Source: a virus
Taxonomy: Duplodnaviria > Caudoviricetes
IMG/VR virus record: IMGVR_UViG_3300033182_000800
Coordinates: 1 to 53,410 of that record
Direction: 5' to 3' (one strand)
DNA length: 53,410 bases
The notes beneath the pieces are model-generated. The model did no database searches. It saw only the letters and a list, made by a program, of their open reading frames with translations, and was not told the DNA's origin. The translations under genes were made by a program, and so were the position numbers. This document shows, in pieces, positions 20,526 through 31,523 of this stretch. Within the stretch, counting starts at the first letter, position 1; each line of letters starts with the position of its first letter.

Positions 20526-22451
20526 TTAAACAGATTGAAACTCTACTCCGAGTGGTTCAAAGAGAACCTTCAACGGATCAGCCCCAGAGAGTTGTTTTAT
20601 AACAGGATCACCAACGAGTAAGAAACCTGCAGAAAATACATACGATGAATCGGGCGCATTTCCAGCACTAGTTAATCCAGATTTGAATCCATCATTACCA
20701 GTTGAAGTTTCCATACCAAGATACCATATTCCGGCATTGGGTAATCCAGTTGTCAAGACAGTTATTAATTCTGTGAGTGCATTTACCAACTTTGTAAACT
20801 TTGTCAACAAATCATCAATAGTGTCAATAAGTGTCTGTATGAATTCTGATGTACCTTCTGCAAAACCCTTGATACCATTTGCAAGTTCAATCAATCCATC
20901 AAAGAAATCTGCCCAGCCTGGGATAAAGTCTGCAGCTTTCACTGAAACAAAGTCTGGTGGTGTGGAGTTTGGTGCAATTGGATTAATTCCCTTAACATAA
21001 CCATACTTTGGAAGACGGACACCAGCAGGATTGTCAATCTCACTATTTTTTATTTCTTCTCCTACAGCTTTATAGGTGATATATTCTGTTCCATCACTAA
21101 AAGTTTTAGTTATTGGTTGTGCTTCAAAAACTGGTTCATCTGGTATAAATCTATTGGTTGGATCTGCTAAAGGAGTAAACTCAATTTGATATTCTTTATA
21201 TCTTCCATCTGCATTCGTGTTTGTGGTTACCTTTGACATACCTCCAATAGAATTAAGTGCTCCAATTTTGTAAGTGTATTCTGTCTTGTTTATAACAGGA
21301 GTATCAATCAATACTGGACTCTCTGCTATTTTACCTACTGCACCAGATGCTTCTCCTTGTATCAAATCATCTTTTCTAAACTCACCATAGCGCGTATCCA
21401 CTCTCACTGTAATTTTTCTGTTATCTGGTGTAAGTAATTTTTCAAATGCTTTCTTTAGATTATTAAGAGTATTTGTAGGATCAAGGTCTGGAAATAATTT
21501 CAATACGTTTGTCAGAGAATCAATAAATTGAGTTGGGTTTTGTGCAGCAATAATGAATGCAAGACCTGTTATTGTTTGTCCTGTGAGAGAAGTATCACCA
21601 AGATAGTTTGGTCTACCAGATTTAATTTGTCTAGTGATAAGTTTTCTGTCTGATACTGCAAGAGAAGTATTACCACTTGCATACAATGGAACCCTAAAAG
21701 TTGCATGTGCATCATATTCTGTAATTGGACTTCCTAATTTAGTAAATGGCACTGCAGATTCACCTTTATCACCAAATGTTTTTAAATCTGTTTCTATTAC
21801 TTCAAATTTTGGTATGTCACCCTCATCATCAAATGCTTCTGCCATTAATCTTATAGTCTTGTCTGCCGGCATTTGAGGTAAAAATGAAAAAGAATCTTGT
21901 GTACCTGTCCATGTTGCTGGATCATAACCACCTAAAACCATTCTATCAATAGTTCTGGGTGTAGGTGGAATAAAACCTTCATCATCCTTCATTCTACCTA
22001 ATCTATCTCTATAAGTGTTATCTAAATCTGCTAACTTTAAACTTCTACGATAACTATCATTTACTGTAAAAACTTGACCAAGAAACTCTGAATCGGGAGA
22101 GGCTACTTTACTTCTGTAAAAAATTGGATCTCCATTTTCATCTCTTCTCATTTCCAAACCAAAAGGTGAATTTAACTTTTGCCCATAGTTGTCATTAGTT
22201 GGATCTATAATTAAGAGAAAATATCCACTCTCCTTATAGTTGTTAAGAGAGGCAGTAAGGGCATCAGCCAGAGCTGCAGCTGCAACTGCTGCAGGATTCG
22301 CAATACCTGTCAGAAAAAGTTTTGCAACTTCAGCACCACCCTGAACTATCTGTAATACACTTTGGACTGTGGTGATAGCTGCCTCACCTTGTTCAGCAAG
22401 TTGTTTAAATGCTCCAGTATCAGCTAGACTGTTTCTCTGCCATTCTGCCAT
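20526..22451 (-). CDS. Hypothetical virion-associated protein
   Basis: 641-aa ORF in the baseplate operon; no motif recognised. Confidence 0.6.
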   Translation of the reverse strand: MAEWQRNSLADTGAFKQLAEQGEAAITTVQSVLQIVQGGAEVAKLFLTGIANPAAVAAAALADALTASLNNYKESGYFLLIIDPTNDNYGQKLNSPFGLEMRRDENGDPIFYRSKVASPDSEFLGQVFTVNDSYRRSLKLADLDNTYRDRLGRMKDDEGFIPPTPRTIDRMVLGGYDPATWTGTQDSFSFLPQMPADKTIRLMAEAFDDEGDIPKFEVIETDLKTFGDKGESAVPFTKLGSPITEYDAHATFRVPLYASGNTSLAVSDRKLITRQIKSGRPNYLGDTSLTGQTITGLAFIIAAQNPTQFIDSLTNVLKLFPDLDPTNTLNNLKKAFEKLLTPDNRKITVRVDTRYGEFRKDDLIQGEASGAVGKIAESPVLIDTPVINKTEYTYKIGALNSIGGMSKVTTNTNADGRYKEYQIEFTPLADPTNRFIPDEPVFEAQPITKTFSDGTEYITYKAVGEEIKNSEIDNPAGVRLPKYGYVKGINPIAPNSTPPDFVSVKAADFIPGWADFFDGLIELANGIKGFAEGTSEFIQTLIDTIDDLLTKFTKLVNALTELITVLTTGLPNAGIWYLGMETSTGNDGFKSGLTSAGNAPDSSYVFSAGFLLVGDPVIKQLSGADPLKVLFEPLGVEFQSV

Positions 22452-22581
22452 TTTTTAGTTCTCTTTGTAATTCTTCTTTTTCTTTTTGCAGATTAGAAAT
22501 TATTTTCTCTGCTTCTTCTCTCATTCCTTTAAGTCTATCAACGAACTCATCTTTTATGAGATTGTCTTTCCACTCTGGCAT
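22420..22581 (-). CDS. Small coiled-coil protein (53 aa)
   Basis: Manual translation MPEWKDNLIKDEFVDRLKGMREEAEKII...; ATG overlaps the PAAR stop (TAATG). Confidence 0.6.
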   Translation of the reverse strand: MPEWKDNLIKDEFVDRLKGMREEAEKIISNLQKEKEELQRELKNGRMAEKQSS

Positions 22582-22868
22582 TATCCACCCACCAATACAT
22601 TACCGACTGTTCCAAGAATCATTGCACCACAATCACCTTTATCCATCAGTCTTGCAACTCCTTTACCACCAGCCAAAACAGTTGTTGAACCAAACCCTAT
22701 TGTTCCTGCATGAGCAGAATTACCAAGGACATGGACGGCTATTGGATCACCCACAACATGCACTGGTTTACCAGATGCCAGAACATTAGTGGTGGTTGGT
22801 GTAATTGGACTTGGCGTAAATGCATGACCTAGTGATTGATCACCTGCAGCTGAAACTGGCATTCCCAT
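22581..22868 (-). CDS. gp5.4: PAAR-repeat spike tip protein (gp5.4-like)
   Basis: GDQSLGH...GDPIAVH...H...GVARLMDKGDCGA, giving His/His/His/Cys metal ligands. Confidence 0.88.
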   Translation of the reverse strand: MGMPVSAAGDQSLGHAFTPSPITPTTTNVLASGKPVHVVGDPIAVHVLGNSAHAGTIGFGSTTVLAGGKGVARLMDKGDCGAMILGTVGNVLVGG

Positions 22869-22876
22869 ATTATCTC

Positions 22877-25198
22877 CTATTGATTCGTAAAATTACCATT
22901 TGCATAACCAGTATTAAGATGTTGTTCATTCGTAACTGGTTCTCCGTCTATTACGAATGCAGTATCTGTATTTGCAACTTCCGTCTTGTTTGTTTGATCA
23001 ATATAATCTAATATGATTTCGTTTCTATCACTTGAAGGATTTGTATAAACATTGATACCAAATTGTCTATCAATCCAATCTTCATTTTCAACGAAAGTGT
23101 TAGTCCTTCTATGATCTCTTCTCTTTAAGGCTCTTATATTAAACCAACAAGTCTCATGAAATCTCTCTCTTGGTGTGAGGAAAGTTGTTATATTGCTATT
23201 CTCATCTACCATCGGTGATGCAAGAAGTTGATCTATATCATGTTGTCCAGAAGTATTTGCCTTTAAGAGTTCTTGTGTGTCATTTCTTTCAAGGGCCTTT
23301 GCTTTGGCATGCATATATCTTGGACACCAACTATCAATCTCTTTAACACCGCCATCTGGATTATTGTTTGGGTCAAAACCTCCAGGCATTCCGTCTGTGC
23401 CAGATGGTTGACTTGATGGTGCACCTTCTGTAAAAACACGCCCCGTAGTAGTATTTAACTTAAAACCTGCCTTACCAAACATAGAAGTTAAACTTGTTTT
23501 ACCAGTGAAGGTAATAACACTAACTTGACTTGAGGTTGTATTACCATGAAAACTATAAGATTTACTTGGATCTACTGTAGTCATACCTTTTAAAATAACT
23601 TGATTATTTCCGGCCATACCTCCAGCAACAACTTCAATATCATTACCTGCATTGAATGTGCTGGCAGTAAATCCACTCGCAAGAGTAGAAACCTGACCAG
23701 AATAAGTTCCAGAGCTTCCTGCAAGTCCTGTAGCAACACTTCTTGTGAATTGTGTGCCACTGTTTATAGTCACTGAACCAGTGAAATCACCAGCAGGTAT
23801 TGGATTAGAACCATGAGTACCACTTGCAAGTCCTGAACCAGAAACAGATGCAGTAATAGTTCCAGAAGAACCTAATCCATGTGGACCTGTGTATCTATAA
23901 TCAATATTATGAGAATCAGGCAATGGATTACCATTACCATCGGTTCCACCAGATATAAGATACACAACCTTTTGTATTGTATTAACTGTTCCTGTTTGAC
24001 TTCTTAATACACCTCCCTTTTTGTCAATACCATCATAAGTAACCACATTAACAGAAGAAGTGATAGCAGATGGACCACATTGTGCTGCAAATAGTTTTAC
24101 AGTAAATTGTGTGTCACTTGTAACTGTTGCAACATTCCATAATCCATTCATTGCATTATTACTTGAACCAGAAATATACACTCTATTATATTGATCTGTC
24201 AATCCATGTGCAGAACTCGTAGTAACTGTCATGGTTCTGTCTTGACCTGCTGCCCAACTTGCAGTGCCAGTATCAGTTTTTGAAATATTACCATCTTTAA
24301 TAATTGCTTCTGTATCTGGCACTATTTCAAATTCTATTGCTCCTGTGTGAACAGTATATACAGCTGCTGGAGAAGAGGCACTTGTAAAAGATAAAGTTCC
24401 ACCGACTGTGTAAAGTTCAGATATTCTTGTTTCTGGGCCATGATTCGTTACACCACCACCTACACTGGTGACTGATGTATCAACTGAAAATCTTGGAACT
24501 GCAGGACCATGTGTATCTCCAAAATATGCAGTCCAAGGATTTTCTGTTATTGAAGCAGGAGTTGTTGCTGGATCACCATTTGCATTAGTGGTGGTTCCTA
24601 CACCAACTGCTGCAGTTCCGAAGAGTCCATCAGAACTGGGTGCAACAACCATCGGACCCAACTCATAAGAATGTTCTACTTCCACATTTGCAACTGCACC
24701 ACAAAGTTGAACTCCACCATTATCATTACTTGCAGGAGTAGTATAGCTTGAAGGGTAAGGTGACCTTCCAGTTCCTGCAAAATCTGTGAATGTTACAGTT
24801 GTTGCAGGAGATACACCAGATGAAAAAGGTAACAATTCAAAAACACCTCCCTCTAAACTTATGTGTCCTCTATCAACAAATGTATATGATGTATATCCAG
24901 GCGTAGTAGTAGTGCCAGGCCCAGAAGGATTTGGAGAAGTTGTTTCTGGAACAATTGTTCTATCTACATCATTAAACCTTGCAAAATATGTCCCACCAAT
25001 ATCTCTTCCATTTGCATCTATTAGACCAGTAGGTGCCTTTCTTGATATAGTTACTAAATCATTTCGCAGTATGTGTGGATCTGAAATACTAACGTAGTTA
25101 TTTGTTACAACATCTGGATCGCCTGGTGATTCTCCAGGGCTAGTTGTTGTACTTCCTACTTCTAATGGTAAAGTCCATCTGATAATTGGATTTGCCAT
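22877..25198 (-). CDS. Gly/Ser/Thr-rich structural protein between gp5 and PAAR
   Basis: 773 aa; contains a TVTTSSAHGL...VYISG...NGLWNV...TQFTV module; located in the spike operon. Confidence 0.6.
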   Translation of the reverse strand: MANPIIRWTLPLEVGSTTTSPGESPGDPDVVTNNYVSISDPHILRNDLVTISRKAPTGLIDANGRDIGGTYFARFNDVDRTIVPETTSPNPSGPGTTTTPGYTSYTFVDRGHISLEGGVFELLPFSSGVSPATTVTFTDFAGTGRSPYPSSYTTPASNDNGGVQLCGAVANVEVEHSYELGPMVVAPSSDGLFGTAAVGVGTTTNANGDPATTPASITENPWTAYFGDTHGPAVPRFSVDTSVTSVGGGVTNHGPETRISELYTVGGTLSFTSASSPAAVYTVHTGAIEFEIVPDTEAIIKDGNISKTDTGTASWAAGQDRTMTVTTSSAHGLTDQYNRVYISGSSNNAMNGLWNVATVTSDTQFTVKLFAAQCGPSAITSSVNVVTYDGIDKKGGVLRSQTGTVNTIQKVVYLISGGTDGNGNPLPDSHNIDYRYTGPHGLGSSGTITASVSGSGLASGTHGSNPIPAGDFTGSVTINSGTQFTRSVATGLAGSSGTYSGQVSTLASGFTASTFNAGNDIEVVAGGMAGNNQVILKGMTTVDPSKSYSFHGNTTSSQVSVITFTGKTSLTSMFGKAGFKLNTTTGRVFTEGAPSSQPSGTDGMPGGFDPNNNPDGGVKEIDSWCPRYMHAKAKALERNDTQELLKANTSGQHDIDQLLASPMVDENSNITTFLTPRERFHETCWFNIRALKRRDHRRTNTFVENEDWIDRQFGINVYTNPSSDRNEIILDYIDQTNKTEVANTDTAFVIDGEPVTNEQHLNTGYANGNFTNQ

Positions 25199-25205
25199 TT
25201 CACTC

Positions 25206-26987
25206 CTAATTAATCATTACAAGAGAACCTTTGACAGTATTGATACCTGATGCTTCTACATTCGTCAATGCACCTGTCACTTTTGCTTGAATAGATCCAT
25301 TTACTGTGGTTGTCAATCCATCTAACGTGCAACCTGCTGGACCCAAACTTAATTTACTCAAACCAGATAGATATGAGAGTTCAATACCTGTTGCACCAAG
25401 TGTTAGTTTTGCAATAGATCCGCCAGGACCAACATTCAAAGATATATTACCAATAGAATCCATAGATATTGAACCAAGTAAACCACTCAATCCGCCGTTG
25501 AACGTGAAACACCCACCAGGGCCCGGAAGAGCAGTTTCAAATAAAACTTCTCCGATTGCAGATTTGAATGACCTTGCAGGTGCACCAAAGATTCCGGCCA
25601 AATTCATAGATGATTCTTGAATATTGTCTGTGGCAATAAGACTGATTCCACCACCCGCAGAAATTCCTGCAGATCCTCTTGCCCCCACGTTAAATGAACC
25701 AGCTCTCATAGCCATTTTTCCACCCACACTAATCGTAGAATTACCATCTACAGTATCAGTATTTTCTGCAGTTTTGAATTCTTTGATAAATGAACCACCC
25801 TTCAAACGTATCGGCCCAGAACCTGCATTCAAAGTGATACTTTTTGCATTTACTGCAAATTCTGATGTGTCAAAAGATGCAGATGATGCTGCTTCCATTT
25901 TAAAAACACCAGACTTGTGAAAATATCCACCAGTAGAGATTACATCAAGTTTTCCCTGAATACTTTGATATTTGTTACCGACCACTCTTTCATAGTCATT
26001 CTTTAATCTGAATGTATAATCTTCATTGACTACCTTTGTAATTCTTTGTCCAAGAGATCCTATCTCTTCAAAAGTACCTGAACGATGATAGCGATGTAGT
26101 CTCTCAAATCCTGGCGTATCATCAACCTCAATCAAGTGTCCACTTTCAGATTGGTACACATGATTGTATGGATACCTTGCTTTGTAAATCTGATCTGGTT
26201 TCGGTTCTATCCAAGTGTCATCAGGATTTTCTGCAACACTAAATCCTGCACCAAGTTCTGATCGCCATGCCATTTTCTGTGCAACGATACCATATTGTGA
26301 AAGAGGACCAGTTGTTGGAAAGTTACCATAGATGCCTCTGGCAGCTCTTGGAGTTGTTGGTTCATTTTCATAAAGTGGATCTGGATACCTACTATAAATT
26401 TGTTGTTCTTCTATGACCACTTTGTATTTTGTAGATTGGTCATCATTTAAAACACCAGAACCAGTTGGTAAAAGTTCAGTGCCAGTAAGATTAGATGCAG
26501 TATTTACTGAACTACCTTGTGCATAGTGACTGACTTTGACAGGTGCACGTGGTACTCTTATCCTGTCTGGATTGTCTATACGATTTAAATCTCTGTATCG
26601 TTTGTCAATAAATGGATGGTCTGGTGCAGAGGTTGCTACTCTTGGGTCTGCAAAACCTTTGTTCGCAAGTGGTGGTGGATCTGGGATACCTCCTAATGTG
26701 CCAAAGAAAACTGGTTCTTGTGCATCTTCTCCATCTCTGAAAAATCCAACAACAAATGTACCCTCCACTGGTCCAGTAGGACTTAAACCTACACCTGTTT
26801 GAGCTGCAGAAGTAATGGGTTGAATTGGATATGCCCAAGGAAGAGATTCGGTAGGCATATCTTCTTTGTCATCTGTATGCCATCCGATTATTCTAACTCT
26901 ACATCTACCAAGATACAATGGATCATGTCTATCTTCAACTACACCTTGCCACCAGATAAACCCATCCTTACCCATATAATTAACCAT
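25206..26987 (-). CDS. gp5: Baseplate central spike gp5 (no lysozyme domain)
   Basis: WWQGVVEDRHDPLYLGRCRVRIIGWH OB-fold; YPYNHVYQSESGHLIEVDDTPGFERL; C-terminal beta-helix. Confidence 0.92.
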   Translation of the reverse strand: MVNYMGKDGFIWWQGVVEDRHDPLYLGRCRVRIIGWHTDDKEDMPTESLPWAYPIQPITSAAQTGVGLSPTGPVEGTFVVGFFRDGEDAQEPVFFGTLGGIPDPPPLANKGFADPRVATSAPDHPFIDKRYRDLNRIDNPDRIRVPRAPVKVSHYAQGSSVNTASNLTGTELLPTGSGVLNDDQSTKYKVVIEEQQIYSRYPDPLYENEPTTPRAARGIYGNFPTTGPLSQYGIVAQKMAWRSELGAGFSVAENPDDTWIEPKPDQIYKARYPYNHVYQSESGHLIEVDDTPGFERLHRYHRSGTFEEIGSLGQRITKVVNEDYTFRLKNDYERVVGNKYQSIQGKLDVISTGGYFHKSGVFKMEAASSASFDTSEFAVNAKSITLNAGSGPIRLKGGSFIKEFKTAENTDTVDGNSTISVGGKMAMRAGSFNVGARGSAGISAGGGISLIATDNIQESSMNLAGIFGAPARSFKSAIGEVLFETALPGPGGCFTFNGGLSGLLGSISMDSIGNISLNVGPGGSIAKLTLGATGIELSYLSGLSKLSLGPAGCTLDGLTTTVNGSIQAKVTGALTNVEASGINTVKGSLVMIN

Positions 26988-28878
26988 TCACTACTCCTGT
27001 TCCATCTGGGGTTTGTACTCTTGGATTGACTAAACCAAAACCAGGCGAGATTTGTGATCTATATCCATCTTTGACTGCTTCAATTCTCATTGTATATTCA
27101 TCCTTGGTAAACTTATGTCTCAATGCAGTAATCAAATATTTTCCACTATAATACTTATGAGGTTCAACTGTACCAGTATCACCAGCATCTGGATTTTCTG
27201 ATGGATAATTAAACCATATCAAATCACCAACCTCTCTTGCAGAGTCACCAGGCACAGAGAAATGAATTTTGAGTGTTTCATTCTGTAATGCTTGAGATGT
27301 TCTTTGTGCCAACCATTGTTCAACCTTCTTATCATATTCTTCTGATGTTCTTTCACTTTCTTGGCCTGTGACATCTTTTGCAGGTATATCCACACCAAAT
27401 TTTTGTTCTCCATCTTTATCAATATATGTTGATGCACGAATACCAGTTGCAAATTTTAACATAACATCTTTATTGGTTGGGTATAAACTGATATATGATT
27501 CTGGATTACCTATCATGTCTGCATTATTTGAACAAAGTTTGCCAGGATCTGAATGAAAAAAATCATCCACCTTGGTTTCAATTTCAGCAGATTCTTGTTT
27601 ATCTACTTCAGGATTTTGTGTAGTAGTTCTTATCGGACTCAAGTTTCTATAATCAAATGCTTCAACTTCTTCTTGTGCTTTGATATAATTGAAGTCATAC
27701 TTTTCCACTTTCATGCGTATCAAATCATGTGTAATGACTCTATTTGCATACATACCCATACCAAGATTTCTCATAGTATCAAATGATGAAATTAAATCAA
27801 ACTCTGTGACTGCAAATTTCTTCCTATATGCACTTATTCCATCTACATTACCAGGCTGGTAATTATAAACTGCCTTATATACTTGTTGTCCTAATCCTTC
27901 AAACACACTATTGTATGTTTCATTAAAGTCAGGAATGTATGCTATCTTTGCTCTTTTTGCATCTGCTTGATTGGGATTATCTTTGTAATGTTTAAATTTT
28001 GAATCATCTGGCTCTCTTTTTGTATATCCTTGGAACCCACCTTGATAAAGAGTTTCTATTGACACAAATCTAAATCCTTTGAGAGTTTGATAGAATACAA
28101 AATTTGCACCCTTTGAGTTTTGATTTGCAGAGATTGCTCTTTTTGCAAGAAAATTTAAAGCCTTGAAAGGATTCCAGTTTGGAATACATGCAGAATAAAC
28201 ACCGCTGGTTGGTTCAACAAGAAAATCAATATTTGTTTTGAGTTGAGTTTTTGGTCTTTTTTTATTACCAATAAAACAATCCACATATATTTCACGTGCC
28301 ATATCTGCAACTGTATATGGCTTGTAGTCTGGTGAACTATCTGGATTTGAAGTATCTTTATTAACATTTTTCTTTAAAGGATACGTTTTTTGTACCTTGA
28401 TTTGCATATTCGTAAACATAATGTCTGAAACGAAATGAAACTTCAGTTGTCTAAAATTGTCATTTATTTTTTGTGGCGGATCAATCTTGTAGATTCTAAA
28501 ATAATGAATGATTGTATTTTCTTCTTCTTGTGGAGTTGGTGGTATATTACTGTCACTTGTGCCAATTGGTGCAGGGGTTACACCTGCAGTAGATGCTTTG
28601 ACTTCCAAGACCTCTTCGCCTAAAAGTGGTACTCTTTCAACAAGACCTATACCTTCTTGTATTGTTAAATCACCATGTACTACTGTTGCAGTAATATCTT
28701 CATAGAAGTTTAGTTCTGTCCATGATGCACCTTCTCCTTCACCAAGTTCAATGTACGAACCTCGCTCTCTTTGAGGCGTAAAAATCCTAAGTCTATCAAT
28801 CTTAAAATCTCCAATAAACGTAGTACCTCTAGTTGAACTATGAGCAGATTTTGTTTGTGCCTCAGATAGATTAGCCAT
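26980..28878 (-). CDS. Probable baseplate hub protein (gp27-like position)
   Basis: FVFYQTLKGFRFVSIETL, VPGD...VGDLI, YSGKYLITALRH; between gp53 and gp5. Confidence 0.65.
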   Translation of the reverse strand: MANLSEAQTKSAHSSTRGTTFIGDFKIDRLRIFTPQRERGSYIELGEGEGASWTELNFYEDITATVVHGDLTIQEGIGLVERVPLLGEEVLEVKASTAGVTPAPIGTSDSNIPPTPQEEENTIIHYFRIYKIDPPQKINDNFRQLKFHFVSDIMFTNMQIKVQKTYPLKKNVNKDTSNPDSSPDYKPYTVADMAREIYVDCFIGNKKRPKTQLKTNIDFLVEPTSGVYSACIPNWNPFKALNFLAKRAISANQNSKGANFVFYQTLKGFRFVSIETLYQGGFQGYTKREPDDSKFKHYKDNPNQADAKRAKIAYIPDFNETYNSVFEGLGQQVYKAVYNYQPGNVDGISAYRKKFAVTEFDLISSFDTMRNLGMGMYANRVITHDLIRMKVEKYDFNYIKAQEEVEAFDYRNLSPIRTTTQNPEVDKQESAEIETKVDDFFHSDPGKLCSNNADMIGNPESYISLYPTNKDVMLKFATGIRASTYIDKDGEQKFGVDIPAKDVTGQESERTSEEYDKKVEQWLAQRTSQALQNETLKIHFSVPGDSAREVGDLIWFNYPSENPDAGDTGTVEPHKYYSGKYLITALRHKFTKDEYTMRIEAVKDGYRSQISPGFGLVNPRVQTPDGTGVVNG

Positions 28879-29462
28879 TATCTAAATAATCCTCTTGCTT
28901 CATCAAGAACACCAGAAATATATGCAGGTTGAACTAAATTTATGGACCGATACCCTTCATTACGATCTTGTTCATATTCAAACATATATTTGATTCTTCT
29001 ATTATCTTCACCGACTGAAAGATAAGTATCATAATCCACTTCAACAGTTCTCTCTACTACTGGATCAGAAGTGCCTGTTACCTCAACTCTATGTTGCCAG
29101 ATATATTCATAATGATGAACAGTTCTTTTTGCAGCTCCTATTGAACCATATTTTTCTATTATATACTTCTCAAAAGTTTTCGTATCAAGTGGCCACTCCC
29201 AATATGGATCAAAAATTTGATTGACTAAAAATATTGACCATGTAAATTTTACATCTCCATACACCTCATAAGACAAAATATCTGGTCTTGTGATAAAATC
29301 TGGTATCACATAAGGATAGTAAATTGATATGTCATCAACAACGGCATCTCTTATCTTCTGCCTAATTAAAAGATTTACTGCAGTAGAAAATTCAGGATTA
29401 GTAGAATTTGTACCATTAATATCATATTGTATTCTTGGAAAATTTGAAAAATATTCTGACAT
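28878..29462 (-). CDS. gp53: Baseplate wedge subunit gp53
   Basis: YFSNFPRIQY, RPDILSYEVYGD...W.IFLVN.IFDPYWEWP, KYGS, VHHYE. Confidence 0.9.
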   Translation of the reverse strand: MSEYFSNFPRIQYDINGTNSTNPEFSTAVNLLIRQKIRDAVVDDISIYYPYVIPDFITRPDILSYEVYGDVKFTWSIFLVNQIFDPYWEWPLDTKTFEKYIIEKYGSIGAAKRTVHHYEYIWQHRVEVTGTSDPVVERTVEVDYDTYLSVGEDNRRIKYMFEYEQDRNEGYRSINLVQPAYISGVLDEARGLFR

Positions 29463-30439
29463 TAATACCCCTCTCTGATTTTCTCTTTAGTCATCAAGAC
29501 TGTCTCTTTGAATTGTAGTGTGAGGGTTGTAGTCGCTGGTGCAGTAATACCATCAACAATGAAAACAGGACCACCACTCGTTGAATAGTCTACAGAAAGA
29601 GATTCAAGGAAACAATGATCTATCTTAAACAAGGGTTTAACTCTGGCAGTCATTGGTTTACCAGTTGTGCCAGGATCATCTACATTCTTAACTCTTGCAG
29701 TAATTTTAAATTCCTCTGGATATGATAGTGTAATTGATGAATTAATATTTGCCGTTGATGGATCAGTAGAAAGAATGCCTGGATGCATGTAATACTTAAA
29801 ATAATGAACTATTTTTGCAATTGTCTCTGCCTCAGTCTGACTTTCAGGAGACATGACAAAAGAATAGTTGAAGACTCTAAACCCACCAGGCCCCTGATAA
29901 ATGACTGCTTTATGTGGGTTGATAATTCTACCTGCCTTTTTAAGGATAGCATCTCTTGCAGCTCCTGCAGGTCCAGACATACTTCTAATACCCTCATTGA
30001 CTGCACCCTGAGCAAGTGCACCAGATATGTCTATACCTCCAAAAACACCTTTTGCAGCATCAAATGCACTACCTAATGCTGCCGTTGCGGCATCAACTGC
30101 TCCACCCGTTGCACTTGTTATTGATCTACTGACACTATCAACTGCTGCACGTGCACTTTCTGGTGAAGTTCCCGCCAAACCTACCCCGACAGCTCCTAAA
30201 TCTGTGTCTCCGAAGGTTTGACTGTAACTTGTTTTTAAAGCATCAGGTGGTAAATATAAAATAACCGAACCAAGTGATGATGATGCCCTTTGATTTGCAC
30301 TTGATAAATTTCTTTTTCTTGCAGAAAATTCTATACTATGTGGATACTCATTACTGCCTACACCTATAGGATAACTTAAAATTCCACCTCTTGAATAAGA
30401 ACCTCTACTGCCTGGATGTGGTACACTTCCATAAGCCAT
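29462..30439 (-). CDS. gp48: Baseplate tail-tube cap gp48
   Basis: VILYLPP, INPHKAVIYQGPGGFRVFNYSFVMSPESQTEA, FLESLSVDY, LTLQFKE. Confidence 0.85.
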   Translation of the reverse strand: MAYGSVPHPGSRGSYSRGGILSYPIGVGSNEYPHSIEFSARKRNLSSANQRASSSLGSVILYLPPDALKTSYSQTFGDTDLGAVGVGLAGTSPESARAAVDSVSRSITSATGGAVDAATAALGSAFDAAKGVFGGIDISGALAQGAVNEGIRSMSGPAGAARDAILKKAGRIINPHKAVIYQGPGGFRVFNYSFVMSPESQTEAETIAKIVHYFKYYMHPGILSTDPSTANINSSITLSYPEEFKITARVKNVDDPGTTGKPMTARVKPLFKIDHCFLESLSVDYSTSGGPVFIVDGITAPATTTLTLQFKETVLMTKEKIREGY

Positions 30440-30468
30440 TTTTTCTCCTAGTTATAATGGTACATAGA

Positions 30469-30476
30469 TATTTATA
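30469..30476 (-). promoter_or_regulatory. T4-type late promoter TATAAATA for the gp48-baseplate operon
   Basis: Exact TATAAATA 30 nt upstream of the gp48 ATG. Confidence 0.75.
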
Positions 30477-30925
30477 TGGCATACAAAGGTAAGTTCAGAC
30501 CAAAGAACATAAGCAAGTATAAAGGTGATCCATCTGATATAATATACCGCTCCTCATGGGAATTGAGGTTCATGAAATATCTTGATACCACTCCATCCAT
30601 ACTGAAATGGTCTAGTGAAGAGATTATCATACCATATCTATCACCAATAGATGGCAAAAGACATAGATACTTTCCAGATTTCTGGGTGAGAGTAAAAACA
30701 TCTGGTGGTGAAATCAAAGAAAGTCTCATAGAAGTTAAACCCAAAGCACAAACTCAACCCCCAAAAGGTGGTCCTCCCAAAGATGCCAGGAAAAGAAGAA
30801 GATACATTTCTGAAGTAAAAACATGGGGAGTCAATGAAGCCAAATGGAAAGCTGCCACTGCATACTGTGGTAGAAGAAACTGGACTTTTAAAATCCTAAC
30901 CGAGAAGGATCTGACTAAATATTAA
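30476..30925 (+). CDS. gp4: Head completion nuclease gp4
   Basis: YKGKFRPKN..KYKGD, YRSSWE, WSSEE, HRYFPDF, IEVKP, NEAKW. Confidence 0.93.
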   Translation: MAYKGKFRPKNISKYKGDPSDIIYRSSWELRFMKYLDTTPSILKWSSEEIIIPYLSPIDGKRHRYFPDFWVRVKTSGGEIKESLIEVKPKAQTQPPKGGPPKDARKRRRYISEVKTWGVNEAKWKAATAYCGRRNWTFKILTEKDLTKY

Positions 30926-30926
30926 T

Positions 30927-31523
30927 ATGGCAGAACTACAAGAAGGGTTTCTTGACAAACTCAAGACAGCAATAAAAACCAGTACCGCCGGTGCCAAGGC
31001 CCGAGCTGCAGGTGATTGGTTCAGAGAGAAGGCACGACAGGCAGGTGCCAGTGCTAGAATGAGAGCAGTCACACCGAATCAACTATTAAGGAGACAACCC
31101 GAAGACAGGATCATGCTTGGTAAGATGTTCTTCTATGAGTATGACCCAAAGTTTGCCAAGAAATTACCATACTATGATAGGTATCCACTTGTGTTTCCGT
31201 TTGAACGAGCAGAGGGTGGTTTCTATGGGATAAATCTACATTACTTGCCACCAAGAGAACGTGCAGTATTGATGGATCAGTTAAATAGATATGCAAACAA
31301 TGAAAAATACGATAAGACAACAAGTTTACAGCTGTCATATAACATTCTAAAAAGATTTGGTAGAGCTGTTCCTTGTGTCAAAAGATACCTTGGAGATCGT
31401 GTCACTTCTGAAACAGTCAGAATTGATGCAGATGAATGGGAGATAGCAATATTTTTACCAGTTGAAAGATTTCAGAAGGCATCAAAAGCAACAGTTTGGA
31501 GAGATAGTAGGAGATTCTTCTAA
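30927..31523 (+). CDS. gp2: DNA end protector gp2
   Basis: YDPKFAKKLPYYDRYPLV, GINLHYLPP, LPVERFQK. Confidence 0.93.
   Translation: MAELQEGFLDKLKTAIKTSTAGAKARAAGDWFREKARQAGASARMRAVTPNQLLRRQPEDRIMLGKMFFYEYDPKFAKKLPYYDRYPLVFPFERAEGGFYGINLHYLPPRERAVLMDQLNRYANNEKYDKTTSLQLSYNILKRFGRAVPCVKRYLGDRVTSETVRIDADEWEIAIFLPVERFQKASKATVWRDSRRFF

Noticed and set aside
741-30221. Many plus-strand ORFs opposite the structural genes
   Set aside because: They are antisense shadows of long minus-strand genes, with no RBS or recognisable motifs.
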